From Candidatus Harrisonbacteria bacterium (GTDB lineage: Bacteria; Patescibacteriota; Minisyncoccia; UBA6257; 1-14-0-10-44-23), in NCBI GenBank assembly GCA_023255625.1, contig JAHFLF010000004.1:1-55779 (forward strand): a stretch of 55,779 nucleotides of DNA. The letters are read 5' to 3'. Each line of letters starts with the position of its first letter. The stretch's first letter is position 1. A model generated the notes under the pieces. That model made no database searches, had not been told where the DNA came from, and saw nothing but the letters and a program-made list of their open reading frames with translations. The translations under genes and the position numbers were made by a program. Below are positions 43,011 to 51,073 of the stretch, in pieces.

Positions 43011-45389
43011 CTATTGATAACTAACACTGGCAATCTGCAACGAACCAACCAAAGAGGTATCCGCGCCGGCACTTAGTCCGATGTCAGACGGTTGAGCAAT
43101 TGAAATTGCGAGCGTATCCGCTGCATTAGCTTGGTTTTTGAATTTCGTTGAGTTGACTAACACGCGCATATTCACCGACTGACCCTTGCCAAGAGCCAGG
43201 TTGGTGTCAAAAGTTACCGCGCAGACAGAATTTTCATCTGGCGTACAAAATTCCGTACCTGCACTACCGACCGCACTACCATTCGCCGTTTTTAAAACTA
43301 CACCGAAGGGCGCGCCGACGGCGGTACCGGAAAAGGTCAGAGTTAACTGCTCTAATTTTGTCGCCTGCTGTGCTGATCCAAAGAATGAAATACTGGCGAC
43401 CTCGTCTCCGGTCTTTCGAACCCGATTGGTCGTTGGCGAAATTGCGGTTCCATTCATGCTGACTCGCAGCGACTCAATCCTTAATGTTTGTCCCGGCGCG
43501 TTGCCATTCACAATCACCGGCTCGTCTGCTCGGCCGATGGCATCTATGTCCGAATTATTTGCGACGCTAAACGCGTGTTGCGAGCCAAGAATCGGCGCAG
43601 CGGCTACCGAGCCACGCAAAATTAGTGTTCGACTCTGACTTTTGCCAACAATAAACTGCTTGGCAAACTTAAATGGGATTCGATTTCCGGTCGCTTTTAA
43701 ATCGGTGCCGGCGACCATGCTGCCTACCTGCCCACTCCCCTCCCACAAACCATAGTTTGTAAATGATTCCAATGTATTGGCTCCGGTCATGGCGTCAGTT
43801 AGTGTGATACTCCGGACAATCACATCGCCATTACTGTCTGCCGCCAGCTTAATCCACAAAAGATCAATATTGCTGGTGCCGGCGATTAACTTGGGAGTTG
43901 TGCCGATCTGGATTGCAGAAACCGAAAGGGTTGGTGAAACTGGCGTTGGCCGTGAACCGCTGGACACCGCTCCGGCCGGACTCTGACCGACTTGCGTATT
44001 AACATTAGTTGACGAACCAATAGGAACTGTTGAACCCGAAGATGAGCCGGATGCCGTGGCCGACAAAATTGTTACGGTCTGGCCATGAATCGTCTGAATA
44101 AAATTCGGCTCACTGACGGTACTACCAGACACATTCAAGTACCAACCCTCCAAATGCAGCAGAGAAGGATATGTGCCGGAAACTGATGCCGGCGCGATAT
44201 TGGCAAATGCTTCAATCGTTATAGAACGACCGCGGCTGACAGTTATCGGCGGCTGCGTAAAACCGATGGATATGTCGCCGTTATTAACCACCGGCTCAAT
44301 CTGACCGAACTGTTTTCCATCTACCTTCAAAATTAAATTTTCCAATTTAGCTCCATTCGATTCATCTAGTTTACGCAAGATCAGCTTGCCAATCGTAATA
44401 TCCGAGTCCGCCGAATTTGTAATCGAATAACTGGCCAATTTTTGGTTAGAAGCACCGATTTTCACTGAAACCGGACCAAAACTTTTCTGTAAAAATGCGG
44501 TTGGCCTGACCGGCGCGTTTAAAACAATCAGTCCTTTGTAATTTAAACCGAAAGGGTATCCTCCGCTACCTCCGGCGCGTTGGGTCAGTTCAAATCTAAA
44601 CTCATTGTCGCCTTGCTTTAAAAATTTAGCGATATCCAACGAATTATTCTGCCGTGACTTAGCAGTTGCACTAAAGACCTCCTGCTTATTAATAAGCAAC
44701 TTAGTCGGTAAATTGGGGGCTTCAAAATTAATGTTCGCGGAACTGACTGTTCCACTTATGCGAACATTCTTAGTAAAAACAATCTGCTGATTCGCAACGA
44801 TCTTATTGGCCGACTGGCTGGTGTTTCGAACACTGATCCATTTTGCTCCGGCCATCGGCTCGTTTGCTCCTTGTAGTTTTACCATCGTCACACCGGTGCC
44901 TTCAATCGCCCGAGAAAGCGCCGTAGCTCTTGTCATTTCCTTGTTGACAGAAAATTCCCTGCCGCCAACCGTAATCCTAGCTCTCGCCGATGGAGCCACT
45001 ACCTTTTCTCCGCTGACCGGATTTATGACAAAATACTTGAAACCCTCGGAATGTCCATCGTTGTCAGAAACTGACTCCTTGTTTATCGGCAATACAGAAA
45101 TTGAATATTTTTCCCTTCCGTCGCTGACCAAATCAATGACCATTGGTTCGGTGCTGGCTGATCCGATCGACAAGCTAGTTGCAGGCGCAAAATAAGCCGC
45201 CTGCGACTGCTCGAAATTAGCCGAACGGTTAGCGACATAAACGATGCCCAGCCCCATGCCAGCAACGATACCCACTATCGCCCAAGCATACCAACTGTGA
45301 ACGCGATGTTTACCGACGAGTGTAAAATCCTTATGTATCTCTCTAACTACTGCGTCGGTTAAATTTTCTGAATTATGAGAATTGCTCAT
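43011..45389 (-). CDS. Large N-terminally anchored surface protein, beta-rich, no recognisable domain
   Basis: 792 aa. TM segment WYAWAIVGIVAGMGLGIVYVA after about 35 cytoplasmic residues. The remainder is Ser/Thr/Asn/Gly-rich and looks extracellular. Confidence 0.8.
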   Translation of the reverse strand: MSNSHNSENLTDAVVREIHKDFTLVGKHRVHSWYAWAIVGIVAGMGLGIVYVANRSANFEQSQAAYFAPATSLSIGSASTEPMVIDLVSDGREKYSISVLPINKESVSDNDGHSEGFKYFVINPVSGEKVVAPSARARITVGGREFSVNKEMTRATALSRAIEGTGVTMVKLQGANEPMAGAKWISVRNTSQSANKIVANQQIVFTKNVRISGTVSSANINFEAPNLPTKLLINKQEVFSATAKSRQNNSLDIAKFLKQGDNEFRFELTQRAGGSGGYPFGLNYKGLIVLNAPVRPTAFLQKSFGPVSVKIGASNQKLASYSITNSADSDITIGKLILRKLDESNGAKLENLILKVDGKQFGQIEPVVNNGDISIGFTQPPITVSRGRSITIEAFANIAPASVSGTYPSLLHLEGWYLNVSGSTVSEPNFIQTIHGQTVTILSATASGSSSGSTVPIGSSTNVNTQVGQSPAGAVSSGSRPTPVSPTLSVSAIQIGTTPKLIAGTSNIDLLWIKLAADSNGDVIVRSITLTDAMTGANTLESFTNYGLWEGSGQVGSMVAGTDLKATGNRIPFKFAKQFIVGKSQSRTLILRGSVAAAPILGSQHAFSVANNSDIDAIGRADEPVIVNGNAPGQTLRIESLRVSMNGTAISPTTNRVRKTGDEVASISFFGSAQQATKLEQLTLTFSGTAVGAPFGVVLKTANGSAVGSAGTEFCTPDENSVCAVTFDTNLALGKGQSVNMRVLVNSTKFKNQANAADTLAISIAQPSDIGLSAGADTSLVGSLQIASVSYQ

Positions 45390-45430
45390 ATGCTTTGGTT
45401 ATAGCGTTAAATAATAATTGATTCATTTAA

Positions 45431-45826
45431 TTATAGCGCATCGAGAACTCGATTAACAGCCGCGTCGGCCTCTTTATTCTGTTCGCGTGGCACATGGGTA
45501 AATGAAACTGATTTGAACTGACCGCAAAGCCGCCGGACTGATTCAAAAATCGGCCTTAAGCCGGCATTTTTAACTTTGTAACGGCCGGTCAGTTGCCGCT
45601 GTGCCAGCTCGCTATCCAGTCGAACCTCTACTGCCGCGTCTAACGCATTGTCGCCGGCTTCAGCAAGTGCCTTTTCGAGCGCCAGTTGAATCGCGGTATA
45701 TTCAGCGACATTGTTCGTGGTTTTACCCAAATACTTTCCATAAGATTTACCATTCACAGTATAACCGGCAGCAGCCGGTCCGGGGTTACCTCGGCTACCC
45801 CCATCGGTATAGATTAGGAAATGCAT
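45431..45826 (-). CDS. rnhA: Ribonuclease HI
   Basis: MHFLIYTDGGSRGNPGPAAAGY ... TNNVAEYTAIQLALE ... REQNKEADA. The ATG at 45826 is preferred because the TTG at 45835 lies inside repeat T1. Confidence 0.88.
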   Translation of the reverse strand: MHFLIYTDGGSRGNPGPAAAGYTVNGKSYGKYLGKTTNNVAEYTAIQLALEKALAEAGDNALDAAVEVRLDSELAQRQLTGRYKVKNAGLRPIFESVRRLCGQFKSVSFTHVPREQNKEADAAVNRVLDAL

Positions 45827-45937
45827 AATTTTCAATTTCTAATTTTTAATTTTCAAACAATGACTTAATGTCTAATTTCAAAATTTTTAAATTGAAAATT
45901 GTTTAGAAATTAGAAATTGAAAATTAGAAATTTATTT
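45827..45937. repeat. T element copy 1 (AT-rich, about 100 nt, imperfect long hairpin)
   Basis: aattttcaatttctaatttttaattttcaaacaatg ... attgtttagaaattagaaattgaaaattagaaattt. It fills the whole spacer from the exonuclease stop (45938) to the rnhA ATG (45826). Confidence 0.85.
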
Positions 45938-46486
45938 TTAAAATTCCAATAATTTTAAAAATACCCGGTAGGTTGTCCGCGCATCATCCAGCGCGCGGTG
46001 CTGCGTGCCCGGATCAATCTGGAAATGCGACGACATCTCGGAAAGCGAAAATCTTTTAAACTTCGAATTATTTCGAAGTTTGCTCCAGCCGAGCGAAAAT
46101 GTATCCAGTCCTTTGTAGAAATAGTTTGGTTTTAATCCGCACTCCTCTAAAGATTTTTTTAAAAACATCATGTCTACGGCCAAATTTTGGCCAACCAGCA
46201 TACAACCCTCTGTGTGCTGTAAAAATTGCTCCAAGCCGGTTTTTAGATCTACCGCCTCGGCCCAATCCGGTTTATTGTATCCGGAAATCGCCAGCGCCTC
46301 TGAATTAGCATCCGCCAACCGCACGGGCTTTATCTTAATCACACCCTCCTCAATGACTTCAAAAGTGCCGGCCCGCGCTTTAACAAAACCAATCTCAACT
46401 ATTTCGTGTTTCAAATCCAAACCGGTTAGTTCAGTATCGAAAAAAACCAAGTCCATTTCCTTTACATCAATTTTGTCTTTTTCCAT
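45938..46486 (-). CDS. DnaQ-like 3'-5' exonuclease (DEDDh)
   Basis: ExoI LVFFDTELTGLD, ExoII MLVGQNLAVDMMFL, ExoIII HRALDDARTTYRVF. Confidence 0.85.
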   Translation of the reverse strand: MEKDKIDVKEMDLVFFDTELTGLDLKHEIVEIGFVKARAGTFEVIEEGVIKIKPVRLADANSEALAISGYNKPDWAEAVDLKTGLEQFLQHTEGCMLVGQNLAVDMMFLKKSLEECGLKPNYFYKGLDTFSLGWSKLRNNSKFKRFSLSEMSSHFQIDPGTQHRALDDARTTYRVFLKLLEF

Positions 46487-46500
46487 TTTGTTATCTGTCT

Positions 46501-46538
46501 TAACTAACTAACCAACTAACTAATTAACCAACTAACTC
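46501..46538. repeat. Stop-codon-rich (aactaacc)n-like spacer containing the pgk stop
   Basis: taactaactaaccaactaactaattaaccaactaactc. The 13-mer aaccaactaactc is identical to 48433-48445. The minus strand reads TAG/TAA in all three frames. Confidence 0.6.
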
Positions 46539-47653
46539 TTAGTACCCTTGAGTGCCTCCACCCCAGGCAACTTCTTGCCGCCGAGCACGGCTAGCATAGC
46601 TCCGCCGCCGGTTGAGAGAAAATCAAACTTGTCCGTCATTCGCGACTGCACAATAAATTGGATAGTCTCGCCCCCACCAACTACTGAAAACGCTTTACTT
46701 TTTGCAATTGCTTTTGCGATTAGTGCCGTTCCGGCTCGATACCGGGGATCTTCAAATACACCCATTGGCCCGCTCCAGATAATAGTCTTTGCACCCTTGA
46801 TAACCTCTGTAAATTGCCGAACGGTTAATGGCCCAATATCACAAATCTTACCGGTTTCGCCAACGATCCAGTCTACCGGGACGATGACCTTTTTATCATG
46901 CAAGCTTTTTTTAACTGCCGGCAAAATCGAGGTGTCAATTTTTGAATAACCGATATCAACTCCGCGGGCGTGCAAAATAGTATTGGCGGCTACGCCGCCA
47001 ACCAAAAAATGCTCCGCCTGGCTGTGCAAATTTTTGATGACCATAAACTTATCGTCGGCCTTGCCGCCACCGATAATAACTACCAGTGGCTTGGCCGGAT
47101 TTTTCATCACCCGATTCAGCTGTTCCATCTCCTTGAGCAACAAAAAACCGGCGTAGGAGGGCAGCAATTTGGGTAGTTCGGTTATTGAGGCGCTCGGATG
47201 ATGGTTGACGGCAAATGCATCATTAACATAGATATTGCCAAGCGAAGCGAGCTGTGCGGCAAATGCCTTCTGCGCGCCTGGCTGCGTAGACTGTTCTCCG
47301 GATAGAAACCTCATATTCTCCAGCATAAATAAACTGCCGGGCCGGGCGGCCCCAACCTGGGCTCGGATATGATCAAAATTAAAATGGTCAAAGAGCATAA
47401 TGCTCTGGCTGGCCCGCCGGCGCAAAAAAGGGATCATTGCGCGCAAACTTAGCTCTGGCATAACCGTGCCATCAGGCCGGCCGCGATGACTTAATAGAAT
47501 GACGCGTGCTTTTTGTGCAAGTAAATATTTGATCGTAGGCAGCGAACGCTCCAAACGCAGCACCTCTTTAGGCGTTTCAACATTAAAATCAACCCGTACT
47601 AGAACGGTCTTACCAGAAAGATTTTTCAGTGTTTCAACAGATTTAAGAGCCAT
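46532..47653 (-). CDS. pgk: Phosphoglycerate kinase
   Basis: GKTVLVRVDFNV, ILLSHRGRP, VIIGGGKADDKF, GGVAANT and FLSTGGGAMLAVLGGKKLPGVEAL. Confidence 0.95.
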   Translation of the reverse strand: MALKSVETLKNLSGKTVLVRVDFNVETPKEVLRLERSLPTIKYLLAQKARVILLSHRGRPDGTVMPELSLRAMIPFLRRRASQSIMLFDHFNFDHIRAQVGAARPGSLFMLENMRFLSGEQSTQPGAQKAFAAQLASLGNIYVNDAFAVNHHPSASITELPKLLPSYAGFLLLKEMEQLNRVMKNPAKPLVVIIGGGKADDKFMVIKNLHSQAEHFLVGGVAANTILHARGVDIGYSKIDTSILPAVKKSLHDKKVIVPVDWIVGETGKICDIGPLTVRQFTEVIKGAKTIIWSGPMGVFEDPRYRAGTALIAKAIAKSKAFSVVGGGETIQFIVQSRMTDKFDFLSTGGGAMLAVLGGKKLPGVEALKGTKS

Positions 47654-47787
47654 GAGTAATCGCTAATACGCGAATAGCTAATAATGCAAATCGGACTATT
47701 GATAGTATAGCAAATCATATTCAAAAAGTCGTCAAAAATATCAAAAAACATGCAAAATAGGCGTTTCTAACTACTTGACAGCTTTAC

Positions 47788-47817
47788 TTGACAAATGAGC
47801 ATAAAGTATGGTATAAT
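47788..47817 (+). promoter_or_regulatory. Near-consensus promoter with extended -10, driving the GC-rich unit 47824-48192
   Basis: TTGACA (47788-47793), 18 nt, TGgTATAAT (TG 47809-47810, TATAAT 47812-47817). A second TTGACA is at 47775-47780. Confidence 0.65.
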
Positions 47818-47888
47818 ATATAAACGCCGAGTAAGCACTGTGCTGAACGGCAAGGTGGGGCTTATGCCCCCTCTCGGAGGGCTCGCTC

Positions 47889-48131
47889 ATGACGAAGTTC
47901 GGATGGCTCGTCTTCGCCGTCGCTGCGACGGCGCTCGTTCTCCCGTTCAACAAGACCGCCTTCCTGGCGGCAGTCGCGGTGGCGCTTGCGTGCGCCGCGA
48001 TCGCGGGCGCCACGAAGCGCCGGCTCCCGGCGAGCAGAAACACGATGGAGCTGGCTTTCGCGGGGTTCATCCCGCTGGCCTGCTACATCGCGGGCTCCTT
48101 GCCCACGGCCCTACCGGTATTCATCCGGTAG
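47889..48131 (+). CDS. GC-rich orphan protein 3: 80-aa hydrophobic membrane protein
   Basis: ATG preceded by GGAGGG at 7 nt. Strong G/C third-position bias in this frame only. Sequence MTKFGWLVFAVAATALVLPF ... AVAVALACAAIAG ... FIPLACYIAGSL. Followed by a canonical terminator. Confidence 0.55.
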   Translation: MTKFGWLVFAVAATALVLPFNKTAFLAAVAVALACAAIAGATKRRLPASRNTMELAFAGFIPLACYIAGSLPTALPVFIR

Positions 48132-48156
48132 CGTCAGCGCCACGACACGGCGCAGT

Positions 48157-48192
48157 TCTGGTCGGTCTCCGCGAGGAGACCGACCAGATTTG
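48157..48192 (+). terminator. Canonical intrinsic terminator of the GC-rich unit
   Basis: 14-bp perfect stem tctggtcggtctcc / ggagaccgaccaga, GCGA loop, then tttgtttat. Confidence 0.8.
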
Positions 48193-48209
48193 TTTATATT
48201 AAAACAGAT

Positions 48210-48391
48210 GAGATTCCTCGGCTTCGGAATGACGGCAAAGATGGATTGCCGCGGAGTACCTCGCAATGACAAGCGGGGCGAGATTCTTCGCTGCGTTCAG
48301 AATGACCACCCTCCTTCGCTAAAGCTACGGAGGGCAAGCATGAAAATGGGTTGCCAAAAACATTCCCGGGCGCGCCAGTCGGCGCGCCCGG
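48210..48391. repeat. Cluster of short hairpin repeats (gagattc.tcg...ggaatgac type, ccctcc...ggaggg type, and an 11-bp GC palindrome)
   Basis: gagattcctcggcttcggaatgac (48210-48233), gagattcttcgctgcgttcagaatgac (48280-48306), ccctccttcgctaaagctacggaggg (48309-48334), ccgggcgcgcc-agtc-ggcgcgcccgg (48366-48391). Confidence 0.55.
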
Positions 48392-48410
48392 ACATTGATT
48401 TATCTTTTTA

Positions 48411-48445
48411 CCAACTAACCAAATAACTAAGCAACCAACTAACTC
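48411..48445. repeat. Stop-codon-rich (aactaacc)n-like spacer downstream of secY
   Basis: ccaactaaccaaataactaagcaaccaactaactc. Shares the 13-mer aaccaactaactc with 46526-46538. Confidence 0.55.
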
Positions 48446-48453
48446 CCCCCCCT

Positions 48454-49725
48454 CTACCCGATGGCATCGTACTCTCTTATCGTTAACTGTGAATTAACCT
48501 GACGGGCGATTTCCAGCGCAACTGAAACCACAATTAAGAGTGCCGTACCGCCGATAGTAAAGCTCTGGATGCCGCTAAAAATCTGCACCAGGTTCGGCAG
48601 AATGGCCACGATGCCCAAAAAGATTGCTCCAAAAAAAGTAATCTTTCCGCTCGTGCTCTTTAAAAAGTGTTCGGTCGGTTCACCCGGGCGGATGCCTGGT
48701 ATGAAACCGCCGGACTGCTGCAGGTTCTTGGAAAGTTCGCCCGGATTAAAGGTGATCGAGGTGTAAAAATAAGTGAAGGCAACCACGAGCACGAAATAGA
48801 TCGCAGCGTAAATGCTCTGATTGTTGAAAATGCCCGAAACAAAATTTTGTAAGGTGATTGAAAGATCCACGGAAAAAACCGAAATTAACTGGGCAAATAG
48901 TTGCGGGAAAAGCATAATCGAAATCGCGAAAATAATTGGAATTACGCCGGCCTGGTTAACTTTGAGCGGCAGATAGCTAGTTACGCCGCCATACATTTTG
49001 TTACCCCGGACCCGTTTGGCATAGGTAACCGGCACCTTGCGCTCGCCCTCGCTAACAAAGACTACGCCGGCGATTACGACTACGGCGATTAAAGCAAAGA
49101 TAATATAAGTAACCAGCATCTCGTCGGTATAGCTGAAAAAAAGTTTTTGAATGACCTGCGGCAAACGGGAAACAATGCCGGCAAAGATAATCAAAGAAAT
49201 GCCGTTGCCAAGTTTCTGCTCGCTAATCAGCTCACCGATCCACATTAATATGCAGGAGCCGGCGGTAATCACGACCAAACTGGCAATTAACTGAAAACCG
49301 GCCAAAGTCGGTAGTACTCCCTGATTCGCCAGCAAATTTAAAAACGCATAACCCTGAACTAAAGCCAGCGGCACAGTTAAATAACGAGAGTATTGATTAA
49401 ATTTCTGACGGCCGAGCGCGCCCTCCTCGTAGTAAAGCTGCTTCATGCGCGTCGACATCATGGTCATGAGCTGCATGATAATCGAACCGGTAATATAGGG
49501 GCCCACGCCAAGCATCATAATCGAAAGGTTGGAAAGACCGCCGCCGGAGAAAAGGTTCAAAAAACCAAGCAACTGGTTCTGGCCAAGTACCGAGGCCAGC
49601 TGGGCCGCGTCAATACCCGGAACCGGAATGGTTGCTAAAAGACGAAAGCCGATCAAAAGTCCGGCCACAATGAAAACTTTTTTGCGGAGCTCGGGAATTC
49701 GGAAGAGTTGGAGGAATTTATTCAT
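48454..49725 (-). CDS. secY: Preprotein translocase subunit SecY
   Basis: 423 aa, 10 TM segments, GIDAAQL, LFSGGGLSNLSIMMLGVGPYITGSIIMQL, GGFIPGIRPGEPT. Confidence 0.97.
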   Translation of the reverse strand: MNKFLQLFRIPELRKKVFIVAGLLIGFRLLATIPVPGIDAAQLASVLGQNQLLGFLNLFSGGGLSNLSIMMLGVGPYITGSIIMQLMTMMSTRMKQLYYEEGALGRQKFNQYSRYLTVPLALVQGYAFLNLLANQGVLPTLAGFQLIASLVVITAGSCILMWIGELISEQKLGNGISLIIFAGIVSRLPQVIQKLFFSYTDEMLVTYIIFALIAVVVIAGVVFVSEGERKVPVTYAKRVRGNKMYGGVTSYLPLKVNQAGVIPIIFAISIMLFPQLFAQLISVFSVDLSITLQNFVSGIFNNQSIYAAIYFVLVVAFTYFYTSITFNPGELSKNLQQSGGFIPGIRPGEPTEHFLKSTSGKITFFGAIFLGIVAILPNLVQIFSGIQSFTIGGTALLIVVSVALEIARQVNSQLTIREYDAIG

Positions 49726-49824
49726 AAATTTTCAATTTCTAAGTTTCAATTTTCAAACAATGATTTAATTTCGGAATTTCTAAATTGGAAATTGTTTAGA
49801 AATTAGAAATTGAGAATTAGAAAT
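49726..49824. repeat. T element copy 2
   Basis: aaattttcaatttctaagtttcaattttcaaacaatgatttaatttcggaatttctaaattggaaattgtttagaaattagaaattgagaattagaaattta. It spans exactly from the L15 stop (49825) to the secY ATG (49725). Confidence 0.88.
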
Positions 49825-50241
49825 TTATTGCACTTTCCCGCCGGCCGTCTCAATCGCCTTCTGGGCCGACTTCGAAACAGAAATTCCGGCCAAAGTAACT
49901 GGCTTCTTTAGCTCACCATTGGCTAAAACCTTAACCGGTTGGCCACGCTTTGCATAACCAGCCGCAACGATTGACGCCAATGTTACCGGCGATGCCTTAA
50001 TTTTTCCCAGCATCGGTAATGTCAGGATGGCAGCCGGAAGCTCCATCGGCTTATTGGCATATCCGCGCAGTTTCGGCAGCCGCTGAATATATTCGCGCAT
50101 GGCCGGACGAATTCGGTGACCGGAGCGCGACTTTTGACCCTTAGTACCCTTGCCGGCGGTTGTCCCGCGTTTACCACCTCGGCCCACGCGGGCTCTTTTG
50201 TCTGCGTTCGCGTTTTTTGGTTTTAACTGGTGAAGTTGCAT
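49825..50241 (-). CDS. rplO: 50S ribosomal protein L15
   Basis: MQLHQLKPKNANADKRARVGRGGKRGTTAGKGTKGQKSRSG. Confidence 0.93.
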   Translation of the reverse strand: MQLHQLKPKNANADKRARVGRGGKRGTTAGKGTKGQKSRSGHRIRPAMREYIQRLPKLRGYANKPMELPAAILTLPMLGKIKASPVTLASIVAAGYAKRGQPVKVLANGELKKPVTLAGISVSKSAQKAIETAGGKVQ

Positions 50242-50256
50242 AGAATTTTAAAAAAC

Positions 50257-50284
50257 TTAGAACTGATAACTAAGAACTGATAAC
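50257..50284. repeat. Tandem 14-nt repeat spanning the rpsE stop
   Basis: ttagaactgataac / taagaactgataac. Inverted relatives gttctaagttctaagttcttag at 50319-50340 encode the S5 C-terminal tail (KNLELRTK). Confidence 0.55.
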
Positions 50285-51067
50285 TTTTGTTTCGACTTTT
50301 CCTGCTTCCCCGTCCTTTGTTCTAAGTTCTAAGTTCTTAGTTTGTTTGCGCGGCTTGAGCATCTTTAGCGCCTCATAAGTTGCGAGCGCGTTAGTAACCT
50401 GGTTCGGCGTGCGCCCGAGCGTCTTAGCCGTAATGTCTTTGATACCGGCTAGCGCCAAAACCGCCCGAGCCGCACCACCGGCGACTAATCCGTGTCCATC
50501 CTTAGCGGGCTTTAAACGGATGCAGGCAGCTGAATATTTTGCCTCAACTTCATGCGGGATTGTCCGCTTAGAAAGTGGCACGGTAATCACATGCTTACGC
50601 GCATCCCGCTGTGCCTTCGCGAGTGCCTGCTGCAGGTCGATTCCCTTACCCATGCCAACTCCTACTCGGCCTCGTAAATCACCAATGACGATAGTTGCCC
50701 GGAAACGAAATCTTTTACCGCCGGCCATAACACGAGCAACGCGACGCATATCTAAAGTCTGCTCCTGGAATTCATCTTTTTTCACAAATGGCCGATTGCC
50801 GCCCGGACCACCCGGACGACGCGAACCGCCTGCTCCACCGCCAGGACCGCGACCTGCGCCGCGCCCGCCTCCGGCTTGCCCGCCTCTGGCGGGACCACGG
50901 CCGCTGGCTTGCCCGCCTCTGGCGTGGCCAAAAGCTGGCCGTGCTGCAGGGGCTGCAGGCGCAGAAGAAGCTGCGGCGGGGACGGCTGACTGCTGGACTT
51001 GCCCTCCTAAATTTCCTCCGGAAACTTTGGCGGGTGAAGTATTCTGTTGTGGGTTAACATCTTCCAT
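50270..51067 (-). CDS. rpsE: 30S ribosomal protein S5 with a Gly/Arg/Pro/Ala-rich N-terminal extension
   Basis: Core RVARVMAGGKRFRFRATIVIGDLRGRVGVGMGKG ... GLVAGGAARAVLALAGIKDITAKTLG. The ATG at 51067 (MEDVNPQQ) is preferred because the TTG at 51193 runs through repeat R1 and into rplR. Confidence 0.92.
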   Translation of the reverse strand: MEDVNPQQNTSPAKVSGGNLGGQVQQSAVPAAASSAPAAPAARPAFGHARGGQASGRGPARGGQAGGGRGAGRGPGGGAGGSRRPGGPGGNRPFVKKDEFQEQTLDMRRVARVMAGGKRFRFRATIVIGDLRGRVGVGMGKGIDLQQALAKAQRDARKHVITVPLSKRTIPHEVEAKYSAACIRLKPAKDGHGLVAGGAARAVLALAGIKDITAKTLGRTPNQVTNALATYEALKMLKPRKQTKNLELRTKDGEAGKVETKVISS

Positions 51068-51073
51068 ATTTTT

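Noticed and set aside
42448-43017. ORFs 42448..42684 and 42799..43017 (78 and 72 aa).
   Set aside because: They overlap the RNase P RNA gene and its terminator. TTG/GTG-type starts, no coding signature.
36690-48200. The three GC-rich islands considered as assembly chimeras or contamination.
   Set aside because: This is not fully excluded without reads. However, each island is short and embedded between native AT-rich promoters, repeats and genes on both sides. Each forms a complete promoter/SD/ORF/terminator unit, which a random chimeric join would not produce three times.
47771-48426. Alternative ORFs in the GC-rich unit (47795..48202 at 135 aa, 47986..48426 at 146 aa, 47771..48070 minus at 99 aa).
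   Set aside because: Only the 47889..48131 frame shows G/C third-position bias, an SD and a start just after the promoter. The others begin inside the promoter or run through the terminator and hairpin repeats. The unit could still be non-coding.
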